From Harriotta raleighana (lineage: Eukaryota), in NCBI GenBank assembly GCA_050575255.1, contig JBNZDD010013678.1, positions 4,498,753-4,562,752 of the forward strand: 64,000 nt of DNA. The letters are read 5' to 3'. A program made the translations under genes and the position numbers. Below, piece by piece: positions 39,701 to 54,700 of this stretch; the first letter of the stretch is position 1; each line of letters begins with the position of its first letter. The notes under the pieces were generated by a model that saw nothing but the letters and a program-made list of their open reading frames with translations, was not told the DNA's origin and searched no databases.

Positions 39701-42700
39701 TTACATTTCCTCCAATTTTCAGTATCTACCAGTTTAAGCTCGACCAAGTATCCTAGGATAGGGCTTCCACCATCATATGCTGGCTTACTCCAAGACAAGC
39801 TGATGGAGTTGTGAGTTGTGTCTACCACCTTGGGGAAGGCAGGCGGGCCAGGAGGATCTGAGTAGAAACAAAATAATATTCATCAAAAATATGTCTAAAT
39901 AAATATAACTGGCACCCGATACGATTTCATATTCGTAGTGGCTTACATTGAGGATCAAGAGCAATTGCTGCTTTTGAGGATTCACTAGGTTTGCCCGGTC
40001 CAGCTTTGTTCAAAGCAATAACTCGGTACTCGTATTCAAACTCTTCTTGAAGTCCTGTCGCCTTAACCGTTCTTTCCATGACTGGTCTCCTGTTGACTTT
40101 GGACCACTTGACGACCTTTGTTTCACGTTTCTCGAGAAAGTATCCAGTTACTGCTGAACCACCATCATTGGCTGGGGGTTTCCAGCTCACAGTCATGTGG
40201 TCCTTTGTGATGTTGGTGATCACTGGAGGATCACACGGCCCAGGGACGTCTGTGAGGAATACAGATTCATTGTTAAAAACGTATCCTTTTCTCATGAATT
40301 AAAATATAAAGGATTTTAAAAAAAACAAGTGCATCATTAACGAAAGTGCCAGTTTTACCGTAAGGATTTTTAGCAACAACGGATTCAGTCAGGACAGGGT
40401 CACCAACACCATATTTATTTTCAGCGCAGATGCGGAATTGATATTCGTGTCCCTCTATCAGCTTCTCGATCCCGCAGCTAGTAATTGGGATATTGGCGGT
40501 GACCTGAGCCCAATTAGGCCGGCTTGTTTCACGCTTATCAACAATGTAGTTTGTTACTTCAGCCCCTCCATCTTCCAGAGGAGGCTGCCAACTGAGGCTA
40601 ACGCGATCTGAGTAAACGTTGCTGATTTTGACAGAAGTAGGTGGGCCAGGTTTGTCTGAAGAAAGAAATAGAAAATAAAGGTACTGAAATGAATACATCT
40701 GTTCTAAATTAAACGTTGACCTTCAAAGTATAACATTTAAAAAGAAAACTCTCTATACCTAGTACTTTGAGTTTTACGTGAGCCGATTTCGATCCACTTG
40801 GATTCTCTGCGACAATAGAGTACTCTCCGGTTTCCTTCCTTTGAACAGAATATAACTCGAGAGTACATAAGTGTCTTGTGGTTATTATCTTGATGCCATC
40901 AGCAGATACAACCTCATTGCCGTCTCTTTTCCAACTGACCTTCGGAAAAGGTTTTCCGGAGACAACAGCTTCCAAGGAAACATTGGCTCCAGCCTTCACT
41001 ACCATAAGAGACTTCATGGACACCCCCAAGTCAATTTTGGGTGCATCTGCCAAAACAACAGGTTGCATTATAATTTTTTTTGTTTCAATACTTTAATTCA
41101 TGTAAAAATTAACATGGCAGGGAACTAAATGCTAATACAAAAAAAAACTAGCATTGAATTCAAGAACAAAATTCGAAGTTTACCATGTTCTGCTTGGATA
41201 GTAGTTGGATCTGAAGGTTCAGATGGCCTGCTAATGTTAATGACAGTCTTCGCAATGATTCTGAACAGATATCGAGCAGCTTCTTCAAGACCGGTAACAG
41301 TATATTCTTCAAGGGGTACGTTTTGGCAGTTGGCGTTGCATCGGAACCAGTTATCACCTGGTAGTTTACAAGCTTCGACAAAGTAACCAAGGATTTTGCT
41401 CCCACCATCATGTTTGGGTCTTGCCCACAGAAGGAACACAGTACTCTGTGTAATATCAAGCACTTCTGGTTTGCCTGGTGGATCTATTGTAATTGAAAAC
41501 AATATGTATACATTATAGATTTTATATGTGGAATCTGCTGACAAAATTGAAGAAATCAAGCCAAGTTTATAATCCTTTGAAACAAGACTTACCAACAGGT
41601 GTTCTTGCTGTTACAAACTCAGTTGGTTTGCTAGGCTTACTGGCTCCAGCTCTGTTCAGTGCAATGACTCTGAAAGTATATTCCAGCCCTTCAATGAGAC
41701 CCGAACATGGGTATTCAATTGTACGAATAGCTGTGTCATTAGCCTTCACCCAAAGAAGACTGTTTCTTTCTTTACGTTCGATAATATAACCGGTGATGGG
41801 ACTGCCACCGTCACTTTCTGGTCTATCCCATGCAATAAACATGCAATCTTTGTTCACCTTTGTTATATGTGTATTTCTTGGTTCAGTTGGAATATCTGTT
41901 GGAAACAAAATCGATCAGTCAGCTGTCAATAAACAACATTGGGCAAAACAGTCTTCAAAACATAACTTGTGGTGACACTGAGGACCAATGTTAACATACA
42001 CTGTAATATGAATGCACTGCACTCAGCAACTGAAACAGGAAATCTCCCTCCCCTATCTTTTAACAGATGAGTTGGAAGCCCAAAATACTTTGATCTAACT
42101 TACCGAATTGATATTTAGCAATCATCTTGCCTGAAGGGAGAGGGTCTGAAATGCCAAACCTATTTTCTGCACGGACCCGGAACATGTACTCTTGCCCAGG
42201 CATAAGTTTTCCAATTCTGCAGCTGGTTTTCGTTACAGATGACACGGTAGTGATCCAGTCACCTCGGCTTAAGTCACACTTCTCAACAATGTAGTTTGTT
42301 ATGTTGCTTCCTCCGTTTTCATGTGGTGTGTGCCATGAGAGTGTGCACGCATCCGCATCAATCTCGGTAATATCAAATGGTGCTTCTGGTGGGCCTGGAG
42401 CGTCTGAAAGACAAAAGTAATCCACCAAAAATAAATGTCAATGTAACGCCATGTGCTATAGAATGCAATTGATGCCAAGTTACTGCTGCAATGTTTGTTT
42501 TCAAAGCAAAATTGTAATCCTACGTATTAAAAAAATTAAGAAAAGGTACAGACCCATTATCACGACATGAACCTTCTGGGAGGTGATGCCAAAGCTATTT
42601 TCTGCTATAAGATTGTAAAAGCCGCTGTCACTTCTGCTAACGTCTTTGATGATGAGGACTGAAGCACCCTTTGACTTGTGCACAGCTAGACGGCTTGATG

Positions 42701-45700
42701 GCATCACATCTTCCTCACCCTTCCGCCATTTGTAGGTTGGTGCAGGCTTTCCAAATATATGTGCCTCAACCCTTAACTTCTGTCCAGCTTTGATAGTTAT
42801 GTTATCTGCCATGATAATCTTAGGTGCCACTGTAAGAAAAAGCATCAATGAAGAACATTTTAATACAGGAACGTCTTTATTTGGGTGCTATACAAATGTA
42901 ATGTTTATTACTTTGCTTCATCATATTTTGTCAGTGGCCTTAAACTACAGTATTTAGCAATTACTTTCAGATGAAAATGGTCATATTTTCAGGCGTTCTG
43001 ACAGATTTTTAAAAATTATTTAATAACTTAAAACATTCTGACCAAAAACACTATTTTGCTTTGAGTGCCAAACTGCACTTCTGTTTTATAGTGTGTCACG
43101 TTTCCTTGAAAGAAATCTGTAATTGTTACTTACTTAATTGTTCTTTAACCTCAAAGAATCCTTCAGTTTCTCTGGGCAAGCTGGCCCCCACAATGTTTCT
43201 TGCTGCAACTCTGAATTTATATTTCTTTCCTTCTTTAAGACCGGTCACAATAATGCTCAGGTCCTTGACAACAGAATACTGTGTCCATTCTGTCTCAGAC
43301 TGACCCTCTTGCTGGTATTCAACAATGTACCCATCGATTTTAGCACCTCCATCCCTGAGAGGTTTCAACCACACCACCGTAGCAGTGGTCTTTGTGCTAT
43401 CTGTGACCTCCACTTTTTTGGGTGGATCTGGTTCGCCTAGAAGAATAAATAGCAGAGTATTCATTAGAGAATAATAATCTTTGCATTTGATCTAATTACG
43501 TCTTTGAGACATCTCAAAGTGCTTCACAGAATATACTGTAAAGTGAATTGGAAGTTAATTGTGTTCAGCCGTGTCCCACAAATAGTTGTCGATTGAATGA
43601 CCGAATTTTTGTTTAACTTTTTTTGTTAAATATTTTTTGGAATAGATTATTAACCCCAGAGAAATTATCTGGCAATTGACTAACAACTGGGCTCCTGATT
43701 ACTCCTGCTAGGTAAACAGAGGAGAATAGAGTTAGGAAACTTGCCTTACAGTTTGTCCTGTGTGGGAATCATACTCAGGTCCTCTCGCTTGTGAGGCGTC
43801 GTGCTCTAACCAATATGTTACAGAACTCCAGGGAATCAATTGATTTCAAGCAAAATGCTTAACACGTAAAGCAAGAAAACATTCTGTCCACTACCTCATT
43901 TATATAACAGGTTCAGATGAACAATTAAATAAAAGTACTTACTGACTGGATCTCTTGCCACTATGGATTTTGCTGTATCTTTTGGAACCCCAGCACCGTA
44001 CTGATTGACAGCCATCACCCTGAAGTAATAGTTGGTTTCAGGTACCAAGTTAGTTATTTTGAAGCTAGTTTTCTTCAAATCCGGAATTACTGTAGCCCAG
44101 GTCTTCCTGTCTGCTTCACGTTTCTCCAGAGTATAATGGGTCACTGGACTACCACCATCATTTTCAGGTGGTGACCAAGAGAGCTGACACACGTGTTTTG
44201 TAACGTCTGAAGTTTCAAAATCTGAGACGGGTCCAGGTGTGTCTAGAAATGCGCGTAAGATAAAAAGGTTTGTTAGAAACACACAATTCCCCAAACTGAG
44301 CATGTTCAATTCAATTTGTGAAACTGGAAACCAATGTTTCTCTATGACGTACCTAGAACCTTCACATTCACAAACACTGCCTTTTCGCCGGCTGCATTCA
44401 CCAGTGTCAGTGAATATTTGCCACTGTCATCTCGAGTACTATCAGGGATGACTAGGAAAGCCATTGTGTCAAGGAGGTCAACTATGCCCCTTCTGACCAC
44501 ATTGTCAATTCCCATTTTTCTCCAGCAGACTCTTGGTGCCGGTCGACCTCGAATTGTAGCGAACAACCGAATAGGACACCCGGCTCGGACAACCACAACT
44601 TTTCTCAGGCTTGCATCTAAGTCAATCTCTGGTGGCTCTATGAAAGAAAAAATAATCACATTTTGTGTGAGAAATTATTTGGCTTTGAATAAATATCAAA
44701 AGAAATATTTAAGGAACCCAAATTTCTCAGCTCAGTTAAATAAAAAAGGTTAAATCCAGTTAATACCTAGCATCTCCCTTGGAGATACAGCTTCTTTCAG
44801 TTCAGCAGGGCGACCGAGCCCAACTTGGTTTTGTGCAGCAACCCTGAATTCATACTCTAGCTTCTCATCGAGGCTCGTCATTGTAAACTGAGTGAGAACA
44901 ACTGCAACGTTACATCTCTTCCATCCTTGTTCAGGACCCTCGCTCGATCCTTTGAGTCTCATTTCAGCCACATAACCAATGATGGGAGCGCCGCCATCGT
45001 ACACTGGTTTCCCCCAGCTAAGAGTCACGGATGTCTTGGTGCTGTCAGACACCTTCAGACCAGTTGGAGGACCAGGTGGTTCTGTGAAAAAAGATGTGGG
45101 AAATACTGTTTGAGAACGATAACGGACAAAAATTGGAAAAGATTTCAAAAAAAACAAAATGCTACCGTTTAACAACTTAAGAAAAAAAAATACCCATAGG
45201 ATCCTTTGCCAAAACTGGTCTGGAGGGCCCGCTGGGATCTCCAATTCCAACCTCGTTTGCTGCTTTGACTCGGAACTGGTATTCGTGTCCAGGAGTCAAA
45301 TTCATGACCCTCATACGTCTTTCTGTGATTGGACTCTTGGTGACAGGCATCCATCGAATGGATCGTTTCTCTTTCCTCTCCAATATATAACCTGTGATTG
45401 ATTTGCCACCATCATCTTCTGGTGGATTCCATACAACAGTCATTTCTTCCTTGCTAACCTTTGTGATCTCCGGTGCCTCTGGAGGGCCAGGTCTGTTAAA
45501 CTGTGTCTTGGCTGTAATTGGTTTACTTTCAGTTGGTGGACCAGTGCCTATTTTGTTTTCTGCACGTACCCTGAAGATGTATTCATTTCCTTCGATGAGA
45601 CGAGTCACGTTTGCATACTCGTTAAGCACGGAAGTAGAGTATGTGGACCAGATCATTCTCTTGGTTTCACATTTTTCTAAGACATAGTTTTGGATTTCAC

Positions 45701-48700
45701 AACCGCCATCATCCTCTGGTACATCCCAACTGACTCTGCATCGATCGCTTGCAATGGCAGAGATTTTTAGGTGTCTGACTACTCCAGGTACATCCAAAAC
45801 ATTTACAATAGCATAGGCTGTGAAGCTACCAGCTATATTTGTTGCAGTAATACTATATTTGCCTGAGTCACAACGTTTAGCTTTGATCAAGGCAAATCGG
45901 GCGGCATTTGGGGTGATTTCAATCTTTGCTCGAGGCAATCTAGCAAAGTCAATTGCGTCTTTGTCCTTGACCCATGTCACCTCTGGCGCAGGCTTGCCTC
46001 GAAGTTCAGCATTAAGTCTAATGGTTTCTCCTGCCTTAATAGTTATTATTCCAGATAGCTTTAGATCCAAGATTGGTTTCTGAATTTCTTCTTTGATAAC
46101 AATGTAATCTGTCTTCACCCAGTTGCTTTCACCACCATCATTCTTGGTTTGAACTCTGAACTGGTAAGTCTTATTCTCAAAACATCGGTCAGCCATGAAG
46201 AACGTTTCTTTAATACTGCCTTTGTGCAATCGTTCCCATTCATCAGTGTCTTTCAGTCTTCTTTCAATATGATACGACAGGTTGGGACTGCCACCATCAA
46301 AATCTGGTCTCCTCCATTTAAGTTGAGCAAATGTCTTTCCTATTTCGGCAACATGGAAATTTTCAGGTGGTCCAGGCATTTCAATGGGATCAATGGATAG
46401 GATTGGGGTCTTGGTCTCAATAGTCGGACCCAGTCCAACTTTGTTTTCTGCACAAACACGGAAGAAGTATTCATAATTTGGTACAAGCGGCGCCTTGACT
46501 ATGCGCTTAGTCAAATCTGCTGAGATCATAGTCCATCCTCTTTGGTTAGGTTGACGGCATTCTGCGATATAGTTTGTGATTTCCGAACCACCATTGTCTT
46601 CTGGATTTTCCCAAGCGAGCATACAAGAGTCCTTGGTGACGTAATTTGTCCTAATATTTTGACACTGGCTAGGTCTGTCAAGTACATTGACAACAACAGC
46701 AGCCTGAACTTGTCCGCTACTATTTTTAGCAACAACGCTATATTTTCCGTAGTCAGCTCTAGTTGCAGATTTAATGTGGAGCCCTATAACTGGAAAGTCA
46801 TTATTGATCTCTATGCGTTTGTCAGGAGGGATTGTCTTGCTGTCCTTTGACCATGTGATGTCTGGATCTGGTCTGCCTTTGACACGGCCGCTTATGGCGA
46901 TGGTTTGTCCGACGCGAACTGTGACCAGGTCACGGCAAACGATATCCAGTTCTAACTCTGGAGGTTGAAGAATGTCCTTTGCGATCACGGTTTCTGGTAA
47001 TTCTCTTGGCTCACCTTCCCCAATAATATTGGCAGCCTTCACTCGGAATCGGTATTCATTGCCTTCAATGAGACCAAATGCTCTATAAGCGCACTGCGGG
47101 ATTAATTCATCTTTGTTGACTCTAATCCATTTTGCACTATCTGTCTTCTGACATTCTACAATATATCCCACGATAGGGCTGCCTCCATCCTTGTTGGGCT
47201 TTATCCAGACTAAGTCTACACTTTCCCTACTCTTGTCCTTCAGTTTGGGATTAATTGGTGGTCCAGGAGGTGTGATAGGTCGTTTGGCTGCTACTGCATC
47301 AGAGTTTGGTGATGGTTTACTTACACCAGCGATATTTTCAGCAAATACTCTGAATTGGTATGAATTGCCTTCAAATAGTCCAGTGGCCCTGTATTTTATA
47401 TCTAATACGGGTGTCTTGTTCACCCGAATCCATTTGCCAGATACTTCTTTGCGCTCCAGTAAGTAACCACTAACTGGGCTTCCGCCATCAGACTTTGGTA
47501 AGCCCCAGGAAACTGTTACGGCATTTTCTGCTATATCATAAACAATCGGTTTACCAGGTGGTGACGGGACATCGAATGTATGTTTGGCAACAGTTGCCGG
47601 AGAGTCTAATGGTTCACCAATACCGATTTTATTCTCTGCTCGTATCCGCATAATGTATTCACATCCTTTCTGAAGACGTGGAATCTTAACTCGGGTGCTT
47701 GTGCTTCCACTGCTAACAATTCCCCAGGTGTCCTTCTTGGTGTCTCGTTTTTCAACAATGTAGTTCATAACAGGACTTCCTCCATCATCTTTAGGTGGAC
47801 GCCAGGAGATGACCATGTGTTCTGGGGTTACTTCAAGGATATTAACTGGGCCAATTGGGGGGCCAGGGATATCCAAGACAGTTAAATGTAAAGCGACTGT
47901 CTTGCTACCAGCTGGATTGGAAACGGTAAGCAAGTATTCACCACTATGTTTTCTGGTACACTCCTTAATAGTAAGTATTGTAGAGTGGTCATCAGTGTCA
48001 ATTTTGTATTGGTCTTCTGATTTAATCTCAGCACTGTCAATGACCCACTTGACTGAAGGTACAGGAATACCCTTCATAAAGGCAGGAAATCTTACTGTGC
48101 TGCCAGCCTTGACCACAAGACCTTCAATCAATTTCACATCCAAATCTATAGTTGGTGGTACTGTACAATAAAAAGAGAACATGGAAAATTAATTAGGCAT
48201 CAGCAGTAATTGAAGTACAGATTGAAGACAATGTAAAGCAACTATAATAATAATAATAATAGGAATAAATGCAGGGGACGAACCTAATTTCTCCTGGCAT
48301 AGTACAGGCACTGTTGTATCTGGACGACTGAGGCCAGCTATATTTTGAGCCTTAACACCGAACCGATATATCTTTCCTATCTCCAAACCGGTTACTGTGC
48401 ATTCCAGAATGCTAACAGTTTTGAAGGTATTCCAGTCTTTCGTGCCTTCTTCCTGGTATTCAACTAAAAAGCCTATGATGGGAGCACCTCCATCACGATC
48501 TGGGTAATTCCAAACAATAGACACCTCGGACTTGTCTACATCGGTGTGATGCAAGTTCTTAGGAGGCCCAGGAGGAGCTATAATTAAAAACAAAAGGTCA
48601 TCATACCATTTTCTGTTCTGCATCACAAAACTTGTGAATTTGAATCAGTCAAATAATCAAATGTAGTGAATAAGAACTTACATAATGGATCAATTGCTTT

Positions 48701-51700
48701 GATTGGTTTTATGGTTTGAACAAAGGCACTTTTGCCATACTGATTTTCAGCGGCCACACGGAATAAATACTGAGTGCCTTCCATTAAATACTTGGCCATG
48801 ATGCTGTGCTTTTTGGAGGAAGAGGAGATCGGAACCCATTGTGGAGATGAAACATCTCGCTTCTCAATTATGTAATTTGCGATAACAACACCTCCGTTAT
48901 CTTCTGGTTCCTTCCACATCAGATAGCATGAGTCGCTTCTAACTTCATTCACGGTAAAGTTTTGTGGTGGACTGGGTTTGTCTGAAAACAATTAAAACAG
49001 ACTTAATACTGTCTATACAGCAAAATGGACATGTAAAAAGCAAAAGAATGTGTCTTTTCAAACAAAGAAAATTGTTTGTTCTTCAAATGTATTTTATGCT
49101 ATTACCTAATACCAAAACATTGCATGCAGCAGACTTGCTTCCTGCTGCATTTTCAACAGTCAGTGAGAAATGTCCACTGTCACCCCTGACAACGTTACGG
49201 ATTTGAAGCTTGCTGCCAATTGGTGTAACCTCAATATCAGCATTCATTGGTACTTCTTTGCCCTCCTTTTGCCAGGTGACTTTGGGGAATGGCTGTCCAT
49301 TAATCTTTGCACTGAGGGTTAAATCACTTCCTGCTCTTATGTTTATATCTCGAGCCATGTTGGCATCCACAAACAATTCAGGAGCCTCTGCAAAAGGTAA
49401 TATATTGGGTGGGAGGAGAGGGGTAAAACATATAGAAATGAATTGCACATAATAGGATTATTATCACATCTATAAATGTAGAATGAATTAAACAGTACAA
49501 TACTTCTCTAAAGCACTTACCCTGCCGGTCTTTTACTTCGACTGGATCACGGACGTAAACTGGTTCTGATTCACCAGCTACATTGACAGCCATAATGCGG
49601 AATTTGTACAAATGACCTTCAGTGAGTCCTGTTACTTTGAATTTTATGTCAGGGCACGACTCTGCCGTATGATTAGCTTTAGTCCACTCTTCATCACCAA
49701 CTTTTTGGTACTCCACTAAATAGCCAATTATTTTGCCACCTCCATCATGACGTGGAGGTAGCCAAATCAGATCAACAGTGGATTTGGTCTTGTCCGAGGC
49801 TTCAGGAGTGATGGGCGGGCTTGGTTTGACTGTACACAAAATTTGAAAACATGGTCATCGAAAATACAAGTAAACAAACAAATGTTACTTAAGCGCTTTG
49901 AGACGTCTTGAGGACATGATAAGGCGCCGTAGCAAATGCAAGGATTATATTTTAAGAGAAAGACCTGAAAATGCATTTTACATACCAATCGGATCCTTGG
50001 CAAAGACAGGTTTGGATGGTGGACTTGGATCACCGACACCTACTTCATTTACGGCTGAAACACGGAATTCATATTCACAGCCTTCATAAAGATCAGTCAC
50101 TTTGACCTTTGTGTCTGGGTAAATAGTGCCCCTGAATGCTTTAATCCAGCGATTAGACATGGTTTCTCTCTTTTCCACAATGTAATTAATGATAGGTTTG
50201 CCCCCATCCCGTGGTCTATTCCAAGTCACCTCAACAGAATCCTTGGTAACATCCTTTATAACTGGTTGTTCTGGTGCTTCAGGAACCCCTTTATAGAACA
50301 AATTCCAATGTTATAAGTAAAATACAGGTAGACACCAAAACAGAATTTCTAAGAATTTAATATCTTCTGCTGCACTTATTATTTTGCATATCGCCCACTT
50401 TACAATATATTCTATGAAGAGTTTTGAGGCAACAATGACATAATAAGGTGAGATATCAAATACAATAATTATTATTATTAATTATATATGGTACACCTAT
50501 TTATAAAATAGGTCAAAGAACATGTGCTATGCAGTATTTAAATTTATATCTAAAATATTACCTTAAAAAGTTTTTTTTTGTTAAAAATTAAATGAATTTT
50601 CTCATTATGGCTGAAGGGCACCATAAGCAGATGCAGAATGTGTAGTCGCCTGTTATTTTTGTCTGCTGTTCAGAGTAAATTACAAAAACTCATACTTACT
50701 AAACCTATCTTTAGCTTTAACTTCTTCTGATTCCAATGGATCACTGATTCCATACATATTTTCAGCACAGATACGGATGATGTACTCTCTGCCCTCAATC
50801 AGTTTTGTTACTTTGCAAGTTGTTTTAGTAACTCCAGAAGTAACTGGCATCCAGAGATCGCGGTTCGAATCTCTCTTTTCAACCACGTAATTAGTCACCA
50901 TACTGCCACCATCATCAAGTGGTGGATTCCAGGAAATAACCATATGGTCCCTGTGAACTTCATGGAACACAACTGGGCCAATAGGAGGCAGTGGACGGTC
51001 TGGGGGGTGGAAACAACATGTTGTTTCAATTAAGTTTTCTAACACAATATCAAACAATTATTTTGGCTTTGAAACGGCATCTCAAAGGTTAAGAGCAATT
51101 AACTTACCAACGACAATCACTTCACAGAAACCTTTGCGTGTTCCTGTGCAGTTCTCCACGACCACACAGTATTTGCCCGAGTCTGCGCGGACGCCTTTCA
51201 GGATTCCAAGACAAAGTGTTGTTGGAGTTGTCTTGATCTTCAGACGATCAGTGTCCGTGAGTTCCATCTCTTCCTTAAACCAAGAAACTTTGGGCGTGGG
51301 TTTGCCTGCATAGCGTCCATTCAGACTGAAACATTCACCCACACGCACGGTAAACTTGTCGCGGAAATCCAGCTCAATTGTGGGGGGTGCTGGAAAACAA
51401 CAACAAGACTCTATTAGTGTCTAATTGAATAAAAGTCATATTTTTTGAAAAACTTCCTGAAAATAAGTCACTTACCAAGTTCATCCCTGCATGTTATTGG
51501 TTTTGTGCTGAAGGATGGCTTGCCTTGGCCAACAATATTAACTGCACTTACACGGTACTCATATGTGTCACCTTCTTTTAAGCCTTCGTGTGTAAACATC
51601 CGGTGAAGAAGTTTTTCTTTAGTGACTTTGATGAACTTGTCTTTACCAATGAGACGGGACTCAATGACGTAACTGGTAATATCAGAGCCACCATTATACT

Positions 51701-54700
51701 TAGGAAGATTCCAGTGGAGACTAACTGAGTTCTTTGTGACTCCTATTACTTCAAGTTCTTCAGGACGGTCAGGGACAGCTATGAATATAAAAATGTATTA
51801 AAAACAGACAGAGAATATAAATTCTACAGAACTAAAACTGACATTTTTCGTAACAAAATGTTGTAAATTCAAGTCAATAGAACTGCTTACACATTGGTTC
51901 TTTAATTAAATACTCCTGCGGTGTCTCAACCCATGGTCCCTGGCCAATCAGATTTTCGGCGGCAATTCGGAAGAAATAGGCCTTTCCTTTGATCAGGTTC
52001 TGGATAACGGCGTTCTGCCGGGTGACTGTGTAGGTCACGGGACTCCAGCCTCTGCGATCGGATTCACGCTTCTCAATGACATAGTTGGTAATGGCAGAGC
52101 CACCATCATCTTCTGGGGTGAACCACGTCAACTTACCAGAATCATTGGTTAGGTTTTCAAAGATGAAAGGTACGCCAACAGGCCCAGGGACATCTGTCAG
52201 GAAAACAAAGCTGCTGCTTACACACCTGAGGAAATATGACCGGTATAGAAAAAGAGTGCAAAGACGACTCGATTCTAATACTTACCAAAAACGTCAACAA
52301 TGATGGTCTTTCTCCGTTCGCCACCTATATTCTTAGCTATCAGATTGTAGATGCCTTGGTGGCTTCGCTGACATTTTTTGATAACAAGAGCAGAGCTGAT
52401 AGATGTAACTTCAGTTGCGGCTTCTACTGGCACCGGCCCATCATTTCTCTGCCACGTGATCTCCGGGGCTGGTTTACCGGAGACGTAGGCTATGATACGG
52501 ATCACGCCTCCGGCATGTACTACAATTCGCTCTCTCACGTTGGCGTCCAATTCAATCTCAGGAATTTCTAGAATTTTAAAAAAAAATATATATATATAGC
52601 TATGCGTGTGAGATGATCACGGCTAAATTAATACAAAAAGTAACACACTTACACAGGCTATTTCAAACTTTTCTTACCTGTCCTATCCTTGACTTCAAGC
52701 GCATCGGGTATCTCTCCAGGAGCACCAACTCCAGCTGCATTAACTGCTCTCACTCTAAATCTGTACAGACCTCCTTCTTTGAGTCCTGAGACAACAAATT
52801 TTGTGCCTCTGACTTCTTTATCTTTGGCCTGTAGGAAAATGACATAGAAAGACTCACAGATCAGGCAAATTCAAACATATTTAATGTTGGTATACAGAAT
52901 ACACAGCCAATACGCTACATGTTTCGCCCACAAAATATACAATTCCCTTTGTCAAGTGTTTTAAGATGTCTTAAAGCTGTGATAAGGCATTATCGATCAA
53001 CCAATCAATAATTACGTTTATATAGCGCCTTTCACATCGGGAGGACGTCCCAAAGTGCTGAACAGTCAAGTAGGGATCAAAGCAGTGAGGGAGGGGTCGG
53101 GGGAAGAAAAGTAGGAATATTGACTATATATTTGTGGGCGAAACGCAGCAGCCAAATTGCGCACAATTATATCAAATGCAAGAATTATTATTCTTATTTA
53201 TAGTAAATCTTGTGAAGCTGTTTGTAATGTCCTTCTGCCAATGTAAGGCACTAGATCAAAGATAATTATTAACATGATTAAATTGTATCATGCATTATCA
53301 ATGACACTTACCTTCTCCCATTCTTCCTTTCCTTCTTCTTTAAATTCAATGAAATAGCCAGTGATCCTGGATCCACCATCCTTTATTGGTGGAGCCCATT
53401 CCACGTCAGCTGTTGACTTGGTCCAGTCTGTCACTTTAGGGAATGGAGGGCCAGGTGGTGCTATAGAAACAATAGACATTTCAGTATTCTCGATCCACAG
53501 TATATTACAACTCAGTTAACATGCTTGTACCAAAAGATAAAAGCCTACCAATAGGATCTCTTGCTGTTATTGGGTCAGAAGGCTGACTTGGGGGCCCAAT
53601 TCCTGCTGCATTGATGGCAAATACACGGAACTGGTAATCTGATCCTTCAAAAAGACCAGTTACATCATAAGAGACTCCCAGAGGCATAATCCTGATCGGA
53701 TCACGATTAACTCTGTTCCATCTCTTGCCAGTGGTTTCTTTGCGCTCCAACCAGTAGCCTGTCACTGGAGAACCACCATCATACTCTGGATCTTCCCAAT
53801 TGACTGTCATGGAATCATGGGTCACGCTGCCTATAGTTGGTTTATCACAAGCACCCGGTATAGCTGGAAAGAAATCATTGAAGTAGTATTAGAAGATGCA
53901 ACATATAAGTATTCAGATAAAGTGTATGTTTTGTGGTAAAATATAGTCAATTCAATTTACGGTATATTCTATCAAGCGCTTTGAGACATCTCAATAATGT
54001 GATAAGGCATGAATCAAATGTAAGGCTTATTATTATTATGTTCGGAATAAGTTAAATTTAATGCTAAAAAAAAACCAATAATAAATCCTGCATCTGATAT
54101 AGCGCTTTTCACATCTTCTAGATGTCTCAAAGCGCTTCACAGAATACACTCTAAAATGAATTGATTGTATATTTATGGGTGAAACGCAGCAGCTAATTGC
54201 ACACAGCAGTGTCCCATAAACAGTCATGGGTTGAAATTATCAATTTATTATTATTATTTTTGAGGCTTATTATCAGTTTTATTATAATTGTAATATTATT
54301 CATATAATTATTGTTATAAACAAGGGAATTAAAACATTAAAAAATTTCAGCTGAACAAACGACAAAATTAATAAAACGTAATCCCTTGAGACATCCTTCT
54401 GATGTGAAAGGCACTAGACAAATATAATTTGGTATTGTATTTTGTATTGCAATACTTGACTCCAATACATACTGAATAGGTTTCGTGCTATTTCTGGTTC
54501 ACTGTCGAGAGGTTCACCAACACCATATTTATTCTGAGCCATGATGCGAAAGACATATTCATGCCCTTCCAGTAACTTGGGTACTGTACAAAGGCACTGT
54601 TTAACATCGTTGGTGACCTGCATCCAAGTCTTTCTATTTGCTTCCCTTTTCTCAATGACATAGTTGGTGATCTTGGAGCCACCATCATCCTTCGGAGGAA

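Noticed and set aside
43764-43829. Possible tRNA-Val gene
   Set aside because: Degenerate B box, no intact acceptor stem, attached to SINE body and tail: a SINE head. The same applies to 9126-9186.
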